Origin: an uncultured Bacteroidota bacterium
GTDB taxonomy: Bacteria; Bacteroidota; Rhodothermia; Rhodothermales; DASSAV01
DNA: 64,000 bases
Assembly (NCBI GenBank): GCA_963790965.1
Contig: CAWBQO010000002.1
Span: 273,651 to 337,650 of the forward strand
Direction of reading: 5' to 3'
Shown: one piece after another, positions 20,352-31,274 of the stretch
How positions within the stretch are numbered: position 1 is the first letter of the stretch
How the letters are laid out: every line of letters begins with the position of its first letter
Notes under the pieces: model-generated
What the model was told of the DNA's origin: nothing
Database searches by the model: none
Seen by the model: only the letters and a program-made list of their open reading frames with translations
Made by a program: the position numbers and the translations under genes

Positions 20352-21338
20352 CTACCCGGGTTCATCTCCGGGCGAGAGCGAAAGCCAGTCATGAGGCCGG
20401 AAGAACCAGGCCGCCTTTTCCTCCGCGCTGCCGGGTTCCGGATGCCAGTCATATTCCCATCGGACGCGCGGCGGGAGACTCATCAAGATACTCTCCGTCC
20501 GCCCCCCCGTCTCCATGCCAAAGCGCGTCCCGCGATCGCGCAGCAAGTTGAACTCCGCGTAGCGCCCGCGCCTCAGCTCCTGGAAGTGCCGCTCCTCATC
20601 CGTCCATGATTGATCTTTTCGCCTGTCGACGATGGGCAGGTAAGCTCGAAGGAAAGCGCGGCCGGCCTCTCTCGTGAAGAAAAACGAGCCTTCCGGGTCG
20701 TCGCGCAGATGGTCGTAAAAGATGCCACCTACGCCGCGCGTCTCCTCTCGAAAAGGCAGATAGAAGTATTCGTCGCACTGGCGTTTGAAGCGGCCGTAGT
20801 CGGCGGCGGGGTGGCTGTCGCAGACTTCCTTCCAGACGGAATGAAATAGCTGCGCGTCGTTCAGGTGCGGATAATAGGGCGTCAGGTCGGCACCGCCGCC
20901 AAACCACGCATCCGACGGATGCAAGGTGTCGCCGCCAAGCGCAAAGTAGCGGAAGTTGGCGTGCACGGTGGGAACGTGGGGCGAGCGCGGATGGATAACC
21001 AGCGAAAGGCCGGTCGCAAAGAACCGCTCTCCCGAAGCGCCAAGCGCAGCCGCACCGGCTTCGGGCAACGTGCCGAAAACGGCGGACGTGTTGACACCGG
21101 CCTTCTCGAATACCTCGCCTCCTTCCAGCACCCGCGTCAGTCCCCCGCCGCCGCCGTCACGCTCCCAAGGATCGGAGCGAAAGCGGGCGACGGGTTCGTA
21201 CCGCTCCAGCGCGCGACAGATGCGAATCTGCAGCGCCTCCACGAATCGCTGCATCCGCTCGCCCATCGGCCGATCGGTGCGCGATTCCGCCCGGAGGCGA
21301 TCTACCCGCCGCTGATCATCCGGCATCGTTCCCGGCAC
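20352..21338 (-). CDS. hemF: Oxygen-dependent coproporphyrinogen III oxidase
   Basis: The motifs GGGGLTRVLEGGEVFEKAGVN, HPRSPHVPTVHANFRYF, WFGGGADLTPYYP and RRGRYAEFNLLRDRGTRFG are characteristic of HemF. Confidence 0.93.
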   Translation of the reverse strand: MPGTMPDDQRRVDRLRAESRTDRPMGERMQRFVEALQIRICRALERYEPVARFRSDPWERDGGGGGLTRVLEGGEVFEKAGVNTSAVFGTLPEAGAAALGASGERFFATGLSLVIHPRSPHVPTVHANFRYFALGGDTLHPSDAWFGGGADLTPYYPHLNDAQLFHSVWKEVCDSHPAADYGRFKRQCDEYFYLPFREETRGVGGIFYDHLRDDPEGSFFFTREAGRAFLRAYLPIVDRRKDQSWTDEERHFQELRRGRYAEFNLLRDRGTRFGMETGGRTESILMSLPPRVRWEYDWHPEPGSAEEKAAWFFRPHDWLSLSPGDEPG

Positions 21339-22041
21339 CCCCTTGCGGTGTTAAATCGGCCAGTAAGGCATCGATCTGTGTCTTGAACCGGCTTCCCCAC
21401 TCCTCCGGCGGAGGGGCGCTCCATGCAAGCGACTCCTTGCGCGTCGGGTGCTCGATACCCAGATAGGTGCAATGAAGGGCGATGCTGCGGTTGCCGAACG
21501 GCCGCTTTGCGCCGTACCGAAGATCGCCCAGAATCGGGGTGCCGCCGGCGGCGAGTTGCACGCGAATTTGGTGCGGCCTTCCTGTCAACAGGACCACCGA
21601 GAGGAGCGTCTGACCGTCCGCCGTTGCTACGGCTTCCCAGGTCAGCAGCGCCTGTGCCGCACCGGGATGATCGGGAGGCACGATGCGCACCTGCCGGTCC
21701 TCTTTAACCAAATAATCTTCGCAGCGCCCGGAGCCTGTCCGCACGCCATCCACGACGGCAAGGTAGCGCTTGTCCACCTTGCGGCGGCGAAACTGGTCGG
21801 AAAGACGCGCAGCCGACTTCGACGTCCGCGCGAGCATGAGCACGCCGGAGGCGGGTCGATCCAGCCGGTGCACGAGCCCAAGAAACACCTTGCCCGGCTT
21901 ATCGAACTTCTCCTTCAGGTAGGCCTTTCCGAGCGTCAGCACATCCGCGTCGCCGGTCTCATCCGCCTGAGAAAGCAGTCCGGAGGGCTTCATGACAACG
22001 AGGAGATGGTTGTCGAGATAGAGGACCGGCGGCATCTTCAT
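21316..22041 (-). CDS. RluA-family pseudouridine synthase
   Basis: The ORF is trimmed to [21 protein letters not shown], which forms an ATGA overlap with the upstream stop. The catalytic motif is GLVHRLDRPASGVLMLA, followed by a TGRPHQIRVQL motif. Its 3' end overlaps the hemF start by about 20 nt. Confidence 0.88.
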   Translation of the reverse strand: MKMPPVLYLDNHLLVVMKPSGLLSQADETGDADVLTLGKAYLKEKFDKPGKVFLGLVHRLDRPASGVLMLARTSKSAARLSDQFRRRKVDKRYLAVVDGVRTGSGRCEDYLVKEDRQVRIVPPDHPGAAQALLTWEAVATADGQTLLSVVLLTGRPHQIRVQLAAGGTPILGDLRYGAKRPFGNRSIALHCTYLGIEHPTRKESLAWSAPPPEEWGSRFKTQIDALLADLTPQGGAGNDAG

Positions 22042-22391
22042 CCCTGTAGCCGCTCCCGGTCCTTTCTCGGCAGGCCCTGCACCACGAGACCGTAGGAATG
22101 ATCCACCAGCGCCAGGGCTTCGCTGTCCGGCACGTTTCCATCCATCACGATGGTGTTCCAGTGGCGCTTGTTCATGTGGTAGCCCGGCGAGATGGACTCG
22201 TATCGCTCGCGGAGATCGGCGCTGCGCTCGGGATCGCATTTGAGGTTCATCGTAAAGGGCAGAGCGCGGAAGTTAACCATGCCGAACATCTTGCCGGCGA
22301 CTTTAAAGACCAGCACGTCTTCTCCAAAAGGAAAATCCTCGCAGGCTTCCGGCAGACCGAGGCAGTACGTTCTCAGGCGGTCAATGGTCAT
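22038..22391 (-). CDS. MmcQ/YjbR-family protein
   Basis: 117 aa. [29 protein letters not shown]...[11 protein letters not shown] matches my recollection of the YjbR fold family. Confidence 0.8.
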   Translation of the reverse strand: MTIDRLRTYCLGLPEACEDFPFGEDVLVFKVAGKMFGMVNFRALPFTMNLKCDPERSADLRERYESISPGYHMNKRHWNTIVMDGNVPDSEALALVDHSYGLVVQGLPRKDRERLQG

Positions 22392-23485
22392 GGTGCCGAT
22401 ACCGTTTTTGAGCCGAAATCATCGCCGCCGCGGTGTGCGGCTTCGGACAGTGCGTGGACCGCATCCACAAAGGCTGCGGCATGGCCGGGATCGTGATCCG
22501 GGTGCATCCCGTGCCCGAGATTGGCGATGTGCCGCGTCGGACCGAAGGCACGGAGCATTTTCGCCACCTCCCGCTCGATAGTGGAAGGCGAGGCGTAGAG
22601 AACGACCGGGTCGAGGTTTCCCTGGAGCGTCTGGTCCGGCCCGACCTGCCCGCGAGCGGGAGCGGGATCCATCGTCCAGTCCAACCCGACCACCTCGAAG
22701 GCAGTCCGGCCAAGCGCCGGGAGCGCGTAGTGGGCACCTTTTGCAAAGACGATCTTCGGAACGCCGGGGCAGGATGATCCGACGCGCGTCGCGATTTGTT
22801 CGAGGTAAGGCAGCGCGAACGTCTCAAACGCGGCGGGCGAGAGCAGTCCGGCCCACGAGTCGAAAACCTGAAGCGCCTGTGCGCCCGCTTCAACCTGGCG
22901 AACAAGGTAGGGCACCAGCACATCCGTGATGCGCTGCAGCAAACGGTGGCTTTCCTGCGGGTAGCGGTAGAGCCACGATTTCGAGCGGGAGAAGGTTTTG
23001 CTTCCCCCGCCGTCGATCATGTAGGCCATGAGCGTCCACGGCGCGCCGCAGAAGCCGATAAGCGGTACTTTTCCGCTAAGCTCCCGGCGCGTAAGGCTGA
23101 TCGCGTCGTAGACGTACGCGAGGTCCGCTTCCACATTGCCGCCCCGAAGCCGACCGAGATCCTCCGGGCCTTGCAACGGCGACGGGAAGTGAGGCCCTTT
23201 CCCCTTGAGCATCTCCACTTCGAGGCCGAGCGCCTGCGGTACGACGAGGATATCAGAGAAGATGATCGCCGCGTCCACGTCGAAGCGGCGGACGGGCTGA
23301 AGCGTCACCTCCGCCGCGAGGTCGGGCGTTCGGCAGACAGTAAAGAAGGCGTCTTCAGAACGGAGCGCGCGGTATTCCGGGAGATAGCGACCTGCTTGCC
23401 GCATCATCCAAACGGGTGTGCGCTCGGTCTCTTCGCCGCGAGCCGCGCGAAGCAGGAGATCGTTCTTTAAGGGCGGAAGCGACAA
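22388..23485 (-). CDS. hemE: Uroporphyrinogen decarboxylase
   Basis: The N-terminus [32 protein letters not shown] and the motifs [14 protein letters not shown] and NLGHGM are diagnostic. Confidence 0.95.
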   Translation of the reverse strand: MSLPPLKNDLLLRAARGEETERTPVWMMRQAGRYLPEYRALRSEDAFFTVCRTPDLAAEVTLQPVRRFDVDAAIIFSDILVVPQALGLEVEMLKGKGPHFPSPLQGPEDLGRLRGGNVEADLAYVYDAISLTRRELSGKVPLIGFCGAPWTLMAYMIDGGGSKTFSRSKSWLYRYPQESHRLLQRITDVLVPYLVRQVEAGAQALQVFDSWAGLLSPAAFETFALPYLEQIATRVGSSCPGVPKIVFAKGAHYALPALGRTAFEVVGLDWTMDPAPARGQVGPDQTLQGNLDPVVLYASPSTIEREVAKMLRAFGPTRHIANLGHGMHPDHDPGHAAAFVDAVHALSEAAHRGGDDFGSKTVSAP

Positions 23486-23496
23486 AGGGAGACCGG

Positions 23497-24384
23497 TCAG
23501 GAGTTCGGGTAAAGGTTCTTCTTCAAGAAGGCCACCGTCTTGCGGCAGGCATCGGTCGCCGCCTCCTCGACGTAGTTGTTGCCGGAGGGGTTTGCGAAAG
23601 CGTGCCCGGCCTCATCGTAGACGTGAACCTCGATGTTCTTGCCAAGGTCGTTCAGCGTCGATTCGAATTCGCGAACGCCGTCGACGGGAATGCCTTCATC
23701 CTCGCCGCCGTAGAAGCCAATAATGGGCATATCGAGCGTGGCAAGATGCTCCCGGTCCTGCACGGGCCGTCCGTAGTAGATCACGGTGGCGTCGAGCTTC
23801 TCCGGCATCGCGAGGGCCGCTTCGAGGGCCTGCGTACCTCCAAAGCACCAGCCCATGACGGCAACCCGCTCGGCCCCGCCCTCTTCAGTCAGGTAATTGT
23901 AGGCGGCTTCCATGTTCTCGTTCAGTTTCGGCTGGCGACCCATGGCCGTCTTCATGAGCGCCTGCGCCGCGTCGGGGGTTGAGGCCGCTTCGCCGCCGTA
24001 AAGGTCAACGGCGAGCACGCGAAAGCCGTCTCCCGCCATGCGCCGCGCGGAAGCGCGGATGTTGTCGTTCAGGCCCCACCACTCGTGGATCATGATGACG
24101 CCGGCTACCGTGCCTGTGACGGAGCCGAGGGAACGGGCAAGCGAATCCGCCTGCGCGGGGTAGGCGAGGTACCCGCGCACCGAGTCCCCGTCGATGACGG
24201 CATAAACGACTTCCTGCGTCAGCACGGGGTGCGCAGGCTCGGGAATGACCGCGGACGCCGCTGAGGTATCCGTCGCGTGCTCGGCCTTCATGGCGTCGGC
24301 ATAGTCGCGGTCTGCGTCGCCGCCGCAAGAGGCAAAGAGTAGCATGACAAACGTGGCGCTAATAAGAAGAAGATAGTTCTTCAT
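23497..24384 (-). CDS. Dienelactone hydrolase-family lipoprotein
   Basis: The ORF is trimmed to [22 protein letters not shown], a lipoprotein signal. It has [10 protein letters not shown], a nucleophile elbow GWCFGG and a C-terminal GHAF motif. Confidence 0.85.
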   Translation of the reverse strand: MKNYLLLISATFVMLLFASCGGDADRDYADAMKAEHATDTSAASAVIPEPAHPVLTQEVVYAVIDGDSVRGYLAYPAQADSLARSLGSVTGTVAGVIMIHEWWGLNDNIRASARRMAGDGFRVLAVDLYGGEAASTPDAAQALMKTAMGRQPKLNENMEAAYNYLTEEGGAERVAVMGWCFGGTQALEAALAMPEKLDATVIYYGRPVQDREHLATLDMPIIGFYGGEDEGIPVDGVREFESTLNDLGKNIEVHVYDEAGHAFANPSGNNYVEEAATDACRKTVAFLKKNLYPNS

Positions 24385-24509
24385 AGAAGTGGGTGTGGGT
24401 TTCGTATACCGGGGCAAGCTGCGGGCAAAGGTACGGACGAGCGGCTCGCGGTGCAAGAAGAGGCTGCACGCGGCGATGCCGCCCGCCCGGTGCGCAAGCG
24501 AGGTCCACA

Positions 24510-24558
24510 ACGTCGAACGGCTGCAGATGTGGCAAGATCATCTGCAGCCGTTCGACGT
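24510..24558 (-). terminator. Perfect 20-bp stem / 9-nt loop hairpin
   Basis: ACGTCGAACGGCTGCAGATG (24510-24529) pairs perfectly with CATCTGCAGCCGTTCGACGT (24539-24558). It lies downstream of the minus-strand ORF ending at 24596 and upstream of the DLH gene. There is no clear U-tract. Confidence 0.4.
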
Positions 24559-24595
24559 CAGTGGCGAGGTGGGTGGCAAAGCAAGGGCTTCTAAC

Positions 24596-25240
24596 TTAGT
24601 CCGCCCTCGCCATGGCCTGTAGTGCGACCATGCCTTCCGTGACCGACCCCGCTGGTTCGGCTGCGCCGAGGCGGGCGAGTTTTACTCCTTTAGCCGTGCA
24701 ATCCATACAGTTCGCTTCGCGTTCGGCAGCGTATTCGGCCGCCGAGAGTGCCTGCCTCGCGTGCGTACGAAGTTTTTCCTGCGTCCAGAAACCCTTCAAT
24801 TCGGTAAGTGCTTCCGCGAGAAGCCCGGTTGCCGGACTGCCGTGACGGGTGAGTCGCTCGGTGTAAAAGCCGGTTGCCGCCAGCTGCCGACTGTCTGAGG
24901 CACCGACGTTCAGAAGCCGGAGCCGCAACATATGAACGGCCGCGACCTGCTCGCGGAGACGCTGTGGCAAATCGGACGGCTGATCCAGATCATGCTTGAA
25001 CTGATTGTGCACCGATTCCCAGTCAGGGTTGGCGCGCAGCACCTCCGCAGACCAGCGCACCGTCTCAACAACGTCTCGCGGGCGCGAACAGAGAACGTGA
25101 ACAGACTCGTCCAAACATCTATGAAACCGTTGAAAATAAGAATGCGCCGTTGTTAGCACAGTGCGCGTGGTGAAGTCAGGACACAAACCGTCGGTCGACA
25201 ATCGCCAAGCCCCCGGGCAGCGGCGCTGCTGAAGGATCAA
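24596..25240 (-). CDS. Hypothetical protein
   Basis: It is the longest ORF in this interval (214 aa) and I recognised no motif. The predicted protein looks helical. Composition is visibly less GC-rich than the neighbouring genes. The start is uncertain. Confidence 0.4.
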   Translation of the reverse strand: MILQQRRCPGAWRLSTDGLCPDFTTRTVLTTAHSYFQRFHRCLDESVHVLCSRPRDVVETVRWSAEVLRANPDWESVHNQFKHDLDQPSDLPQRLREQVAAVHMLRLRLLNVGASDSRQLAATGFYTERLTRHGSPATGLLAEALTELKGFWTQEKLRTHARQALSAAEYAAEREANCMDCTAKGVKLARLGAAEPAGSVTEGMVALQAMARAD

Positions 25241-25449
25241 AATACACCCCCACCGCAGCGGAGTAAATGCTTGGCGGTCGACTCAGGAAGACGTTCGCAG
25301 TTCGTTACCTTTCTTCCTGATTCTGCCACAGTTACTCCGTCTGCTGGCAAGGATGATTTCAGAGAGAGCTTTCGCCACAGCGCTGTCGCAACCCGGCCGT
25401 AGCTTGGCCGTTTCACTCTTTGCGCCTCTTCAACCCGCCCTCTTCTTCC

Positions 25450-27504
<2,055 letters not shown>

Positions 27505-27511
27505 CGAAAGC

Positions 27512-27811
27512 TTAATGCACGATCGTCACGGCGGTGTCTGCCACGGTGACACCGTCGGCTTCGAGCCGGCACAGGTACGTTCCGGCGGACAGGTTCGCGG
27601 CGTTGAAGCGCACGGTATGCCGGCCCGGCCCGTACTGCGCGCCGGCCACAACGGCGGCCTCCCGTCCGAGCAGATCGAAAAGCAGGAGCCGCACGACCGC
27701 CGGCGAATCCAGCCCAAAGGCGATCTCCGTCGCGGCGGACGTTGGATTGGGATACACCCGCAACAGCGCGCCTTCTGCGCCGTCCTTCGGCAGACCGACG
27801 CCGGCCTTCAC
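27512..27811 (-). pseudogene. T9SS (Por) C-terminal sorting domain in a different frame from the upstream esterase; probable frameshifted 3' end of that gene
   Basis: The last ~90 aa of track ORF 27512..28558 read LLRVYPNPTSAATEIAFGLDSPAVVRLLLFDLLGREAAVVAGAQYGPGRHTVRFNAANLSAGTYLCRLEADGVTVADTAVTIVH. This is a typical type-A T9SS CTD pattern. It has no signal peptide or plausible start of its own. Confidence 0.6.
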
Positions 27812-29001
27812 GTCCGCGGAAAGAAGTAGAGAAGAATGTCGTCCAGCAGGTTGCTCCACTGGCCCCACGAGTGACCTTCGTTCGTCTCCCGCGTCTCGAC
27901 GGTCAGCCCTTTCTCGCGCATCAAGGATACCATCGCACTGGCGAGGGGCGCGCCGTCGTTGAGGGTGCCCCAGGTCATAAAGACGTTCAGATCCTTCGAA
28001 GAAGCGTTCTTGTACCGTTCCACCAGAAAAGCGTCCCTGTACCAGAAGGCGGGCGACTGCACGGCGAGAAGTCCGAAGGTCTCCGGCGCTTGCAATCCCA
28101 CATAAGCCGAGAATACGCCGCCGAGCGACGTGCCGAGAATCGCCCGCGCCGCTCGGCGGGCGTCGGTTCGATACGCAGCGTCGATACTTGGGACCAGTTC
28201 TTGCGCAACGAACGTGGCGAAGGCGGCATTGTCGATGTAGAGACTCTCGCGCCGGTTGGTGCCGCCAACGCGCGGGTCGATGAACACGATCAGGACCGGA
28301 CGCATTCTGGACTCCGCGAACAGGTTGTCCGCGATGATCGGCAGGCTGCCCAGTTGCGCGTCGACGTACTCTTGTCCGTCCGTGGCGTAGACGACGGGCA
28401 GGTGCTTGAGCGTGTCGTAGCCGGGCGGCGTATAGACGCGGTAATTCACGGCAAACCCGAGCGCCGCGCTCACGAGTGACCTGTTCGCGGTAAGCGCGCC
28501 CTGCGGCACGTCCGGCCCGCGGGCAACGTACGGCGAGGGCCGGTACTCGGGCATCCACAGAGCAGAGTTGGGGCCAAAGCCGCTCTGCTGCCGCCGGGGG
28601 TTGGCCGGATCAAGGATCCACGTGCCGTTGCGCACAATCTTATAGTCCACGCGCGCATCCGGCGGGAGCGTCATCTCCTGAATCCAAACGTCCGACGCCC
28701 CCAGCCGGGTCGCCGCGCCCCGCGACGGGTCCCAGCCGTTGTGGTCTCCGGCGACGGCAACCGAGGTCGCGGGGCCGCGATACAGAAAGGCGACGTGGTC
28801 TCCCTGCTTATAGGGCACCTGGCCCTCAGCGCGGAGCGCGTCGAAGAACGAGGTCAGGCGCGCCTCCCGCGCCGGAGCGTCTGCGATGCCGGTGAGCGCG
28901 AGGAGCGAGTCTTTAAAGGCGGTGTAGGAGGCGAACGGCGGCTGCTGCGCCGAGGCCGGTAAGGCAATAAGCAGCGTGAACAGGAGGAGGAGTGGGCGCA
29001 T
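27808..29001 (-). CDS. Secreted esterase (esterase D / enterochelin-esterase-like alpha/beta hydrolase with N-terminal E-set/CBM48-like domain)
   Basis: The ORF is trimmed to MRPLLLLFTLLIALPASAQQ, a signal peptide. The N-terminal beta domain reads VAFLYRGPATSVAVAGDHNGWD. The hydrolase part reads RVYTPPGYD..., with nucleophile elbow GTSLGG and a C-terminal EGHSWGQW. Confidence 0.8.
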   Translation of the reverse strand: MRPLLLLFTLLIALPASAQQPPFASYTAFKDSLLALTGIADAPAREARLTSFFDALRAEGQVPYKQGDHVAFLYRGPATSVAVAGDHNGWDPSRGAATRLGASDVWIQEMTLPPDARVDYKIVRNGTWILDPANPRRQQSGFGPNSALWMPEYRPSPYVARGPDVPQGALTANRSLVSAALGFAVNYRVYTPPGYDTLKHLPVVYATDGQEYVDAQLGSLPIIADNLFAESRMRPVLIVFIDPRVGGTNRRESLYIDNAAFATFVAQELVPSIDAAYRTDARRAARAILGTSLGGVFSAYVGLQAPETFGLLAVQSPAFWYRDAFLVERYKNASSKDLNVFMTWGTLNDGAPLASAMVSLMREKGLTVETRETNEGHSWGQWSNLLDDILLYFFPRT

Positions 29002-29016
29002 CGGGCGAATGCAAAA

Positions 29017-29056
29017 GGCGGCGGAGAAGCGTACCTGTTGAAGCTTCGCCGCCGCC
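29017..29056 (-). terminator. GC-rich hairpin followed by a T-run on the minus strand
   Basis: GGCGGCGGAGAAGC (29017-29030) pairs with GCTTCGCCGCCGCC (29043-29056) with one mismatch. On the minus strand it is followed by TTTTGCATT and then, only ~15 nt later, the esterase ATG. Confidence 0.45.
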
Positions 29057-29079
29057 CTAAGATCCATCCGAACGGGTCT

Positions 29080-29472
29080 CTACCGGGTTGTCACGAGGAT
29101 GGCACCGTACTGATGCCCTTGTCCGAGACGAACGGCCTTTGCCGTGTCGAGGTATTCGATGCGTGCAATCGTATCCGGGTAGATGTTCTGCAGCGCCTCC
29201 GGGCCACCCATGCGGGTGCCGTTGAGATAGATAATGATGTCTCCGTCCGTGGAATCCCACGTGCCGCCGTCTACCGGCGCGCCGCGCTTGCGGAGCCAGC
29301 GGGGCTGCATGGACTGAATGACTTCGTAAGCGGAGCGGTAGGCCACACCGGAATTGGTGATGTCCTCCTGCGTCAGTACATCGCGGCTCGCGGTGCGGGG
29401 TCCGGACCCGGTGGAGGCGCACCCGGCGAGAAAGAAGCCGGTGAAGAGGAGCAGAGCGAGGGTTGCTTTCAT
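29080..29472 (-). CDS. Small lipoprotein, unknown function
   Basis: The ORF is trimmed to MKATLALLLFTGFFLAGCAS, which has a lipobox. The C-terminal half (IIIYLNGTRMGG...IARIEYLDTAKAVRLGQGHQYGAILVTTR) resembles the TonB-dependent-receptor plug consensus. Confidence 0.6.
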   Translation of the reverse strand: MKATLALLLFTGFFLAGCASTGSGPRTASRDVLTQEDITNSGVAYRSAYEVIQSMQPRWLRKRGAPVDGGTWDSTDGDIIIYLNGTRMGGPEALQNIYPDTIARIEYLDTAKAVRLGQGHQYGAILVTTR

Positions 29473-29590
29473 GAATATAGGGGCGGTTTGTTGGTTGCGA
29501 AGCGACGGCTCAAGCATTGCACCGATTGCGCTTGGCCTGCTCACGTCGGCGCTTGTGTTCTAAAGGTACCATCCGGCGGCAAAAAGTAAA

Positions 29591-29619
29591 ACACCCTGGA
29601 GGAAAAAGGCCTCCAGGGT
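29591..29619 (-). terminator. Rho-independent terminator of the susC/susD transcript
   Basis: CACCCTGGAGG (29591-29601) pairs with CCTCCAGGGTG (29609-29619) across a 7-nt loop. On the minus strand the stem is followed by TTTTACTTTT. It lies ~60 nt downstream of the susD-like stop. Confidence 0.7.
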
Positions 29620-29676
29620 GCTTACCGTTGCGCTCTCAGGAGCGAACCGTACCGGATGCCCGGTTATAGGGGAGCC

Positions 29677-31191
29677 TTAGTTGGCGTCCCACCAGACCGG
29701 CTGGAGGAGTCCTTCCATGCCGCGGCCGATGCCGGTGGCAAGCGCATTCTCCTGATTCGTCGAGTATTCGCCCGACGGATAGGGGATGCGAACGGGAATC
29801 TGACCATTCGCGGTCTCGGGGCTTTCGACCGGCATGATCGACGCGGGATATCCCGTACGCCGCCAGTCGGTGAAGTTCTCCGTCGACAGGAAGTTGGCGA
29901 TGTACTTCTGCGTGATAATCGCTTCGAGAGCCGCCGCCTGCGACATGCCGTTAAGCGAAGCGAGCGAGGACACGTAGGCGTCGCGATTCGCCGCGCTCAC
30001 GCCGAGCATGTCCATGCTCGCGCGGACACCTGCCACGTATGCGTCCTGCGCTTCGCCCATGTGGCCAAGATACAGGTGGGCTTCAGCCGCAAGGAAGCGA
30101 GACTCCGCGTAGCTAAGCCAGAGCAGCGGAGAGTCCGGGCTGCCGTAGAACTCGCCGATGGCGGAGATGTCTGCGATGGACTCCGGCTCGGTGCCGTTGA
30201 TATGGCCGACATAGGTCGAATCGTCGACCGTCCAATCTTCGGCGGTTACCGGCTCAGGCTCAAAGCCTTCGACGTAGCCCGTGTTCGTGAGGGCACCGGT
30301 CTGCCGCGCCTGGATCGGCAAGCGAGGATCGTTCAGGTTCTTGAGGAGCCTGATATAATGGTCGCTCAGCTGGTAACGCTCGTCCCAGTCGTTGATCCAC
30401 TGGTACCACGGGTTCTCTTCGCCGGAACCGGAGCCGTACTGGAACCACGCATCGTCGTCGATGCTGGTGAAACCCTTCGCAAGGGCGTCGAGCGCCTTCT
30501 GCGCATGTTCGGTCTTCGATTCGCCGGGAGCATTCACAAGGTGCATGTGCATCCGGGCCTCGAGCGTATAGGAGAGTTTCTCCCACTGAGCGACGCCCGC
30601 CGCGCCGCCGCCGTAGATGAGATCGTTCAGGCCGGGCAGGGAGACGTTACCCTGCGTGAAGTCGACCTGCGCCGAATCGAGAAGCGCGAAGATGGCGTTG
30701 TAAACCGCCTTTTGTTCGTCATACGCCGGCGTCGAGTTGTCCGGATTGAAGGCTTCGGAATACGGGACGTCGCCGAAGAGATCCGTAACGATGCCGAGGT
30801 TCCAGGCCTCGATGGTGCGCGCAATACCGGCATAGGCATTGTTGCTGTCCGCGTCCGCCTTCATCTTGAGGAAGTGCGCGGACTTCATGGAGCCGGTATA
30901 GGAGTAGTAGGTCCAGAAGTTGTTGAAGTCGGATTCGACCACGCGGTAGGTGTCGAACTCCGGTATCTGGCCATTCCAGGCGAGCTGCTGAACCCAGAAG
31001 TTCGGCCAGCGCGCCGCATCGTTGCCCAGGATCTCGTACGAGAAAGTGGAGAGCATGCCGGAAAGGGCGAGGTTCTCCGGCACGACCGTCGGGTCGTTCG
31101 GGTTGTCGTTAAGGTCCGTCAGGTCGCAGCCCGCGCTGAAGGCGAGCAGCAGCACCGCGAACAGGGCTGTCAAAGACTTATTCATTCTCAT
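29677..31191 (-). CDS. SusD/RagB-family nutrient-binding outer-membrane lipoprotein
   Basis: It has the lipoprotein signal LLLAFSAGC and TPR-like helical content with typical SusD-like_2 motifs (NFWTYYSYTG, AYAGIARTIEAWNLGIVTDLFGDVPYSEA, NFTDWRRTGYP). It sits immediately downstream of the SusC-like gene. Confidence 0.92.
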   Translation of the reverse strand: MRMNKSLTALFAVLLLAFSAGCDLTDLNDNPNDPTVVPENLALSGMLSTFSYEILGNDAARWPNFWVQQLAWNGQIPEFDTYRVVESDFNNFWTYYSYTGSMKSAHFLKMKADADSNNAYAGIARTIEAWNLGIVTDLFGDVPYSEAFNPDNSTPAYDEQKAVYNAIFALLDSAQVDFTQGNVSLPGLNDLIYGGGAAGVAQWEKLSYTLEARMHMHLVNAPGESKTEHAQKALDALAKGFTSIDDDAWFQYGSGSGEENPWYQWINDWDERYQLSDHYIRLLKNLNDPRLPIQARQTGALTNTGYVEGFEPEPVTAEDWTVDDSTYVGHINGTEPESIADISAIGEFYGSPDSPLLWLSYAESRFLAAEAHLYLGHMGEAQDAYVAGVRASMDMLGVSAANRDAYVSSLASLNGMSQAAALEAIITQKYIANFLSTENFTDWRRTGYPASIMPVESPETANGQIPVRIPYPSGEYSTNQENALATGIGRGMEGLLQPVWWDAN

Positions 31192-31274
31192 TTGCTTTTA
31201 GGAGCAAGGTAAAAGGCATGGTGAAGAAGCGAGCCGGGCGGTAGGCACGAAGCCTGGCCGCCCGGCCTCGTTCT

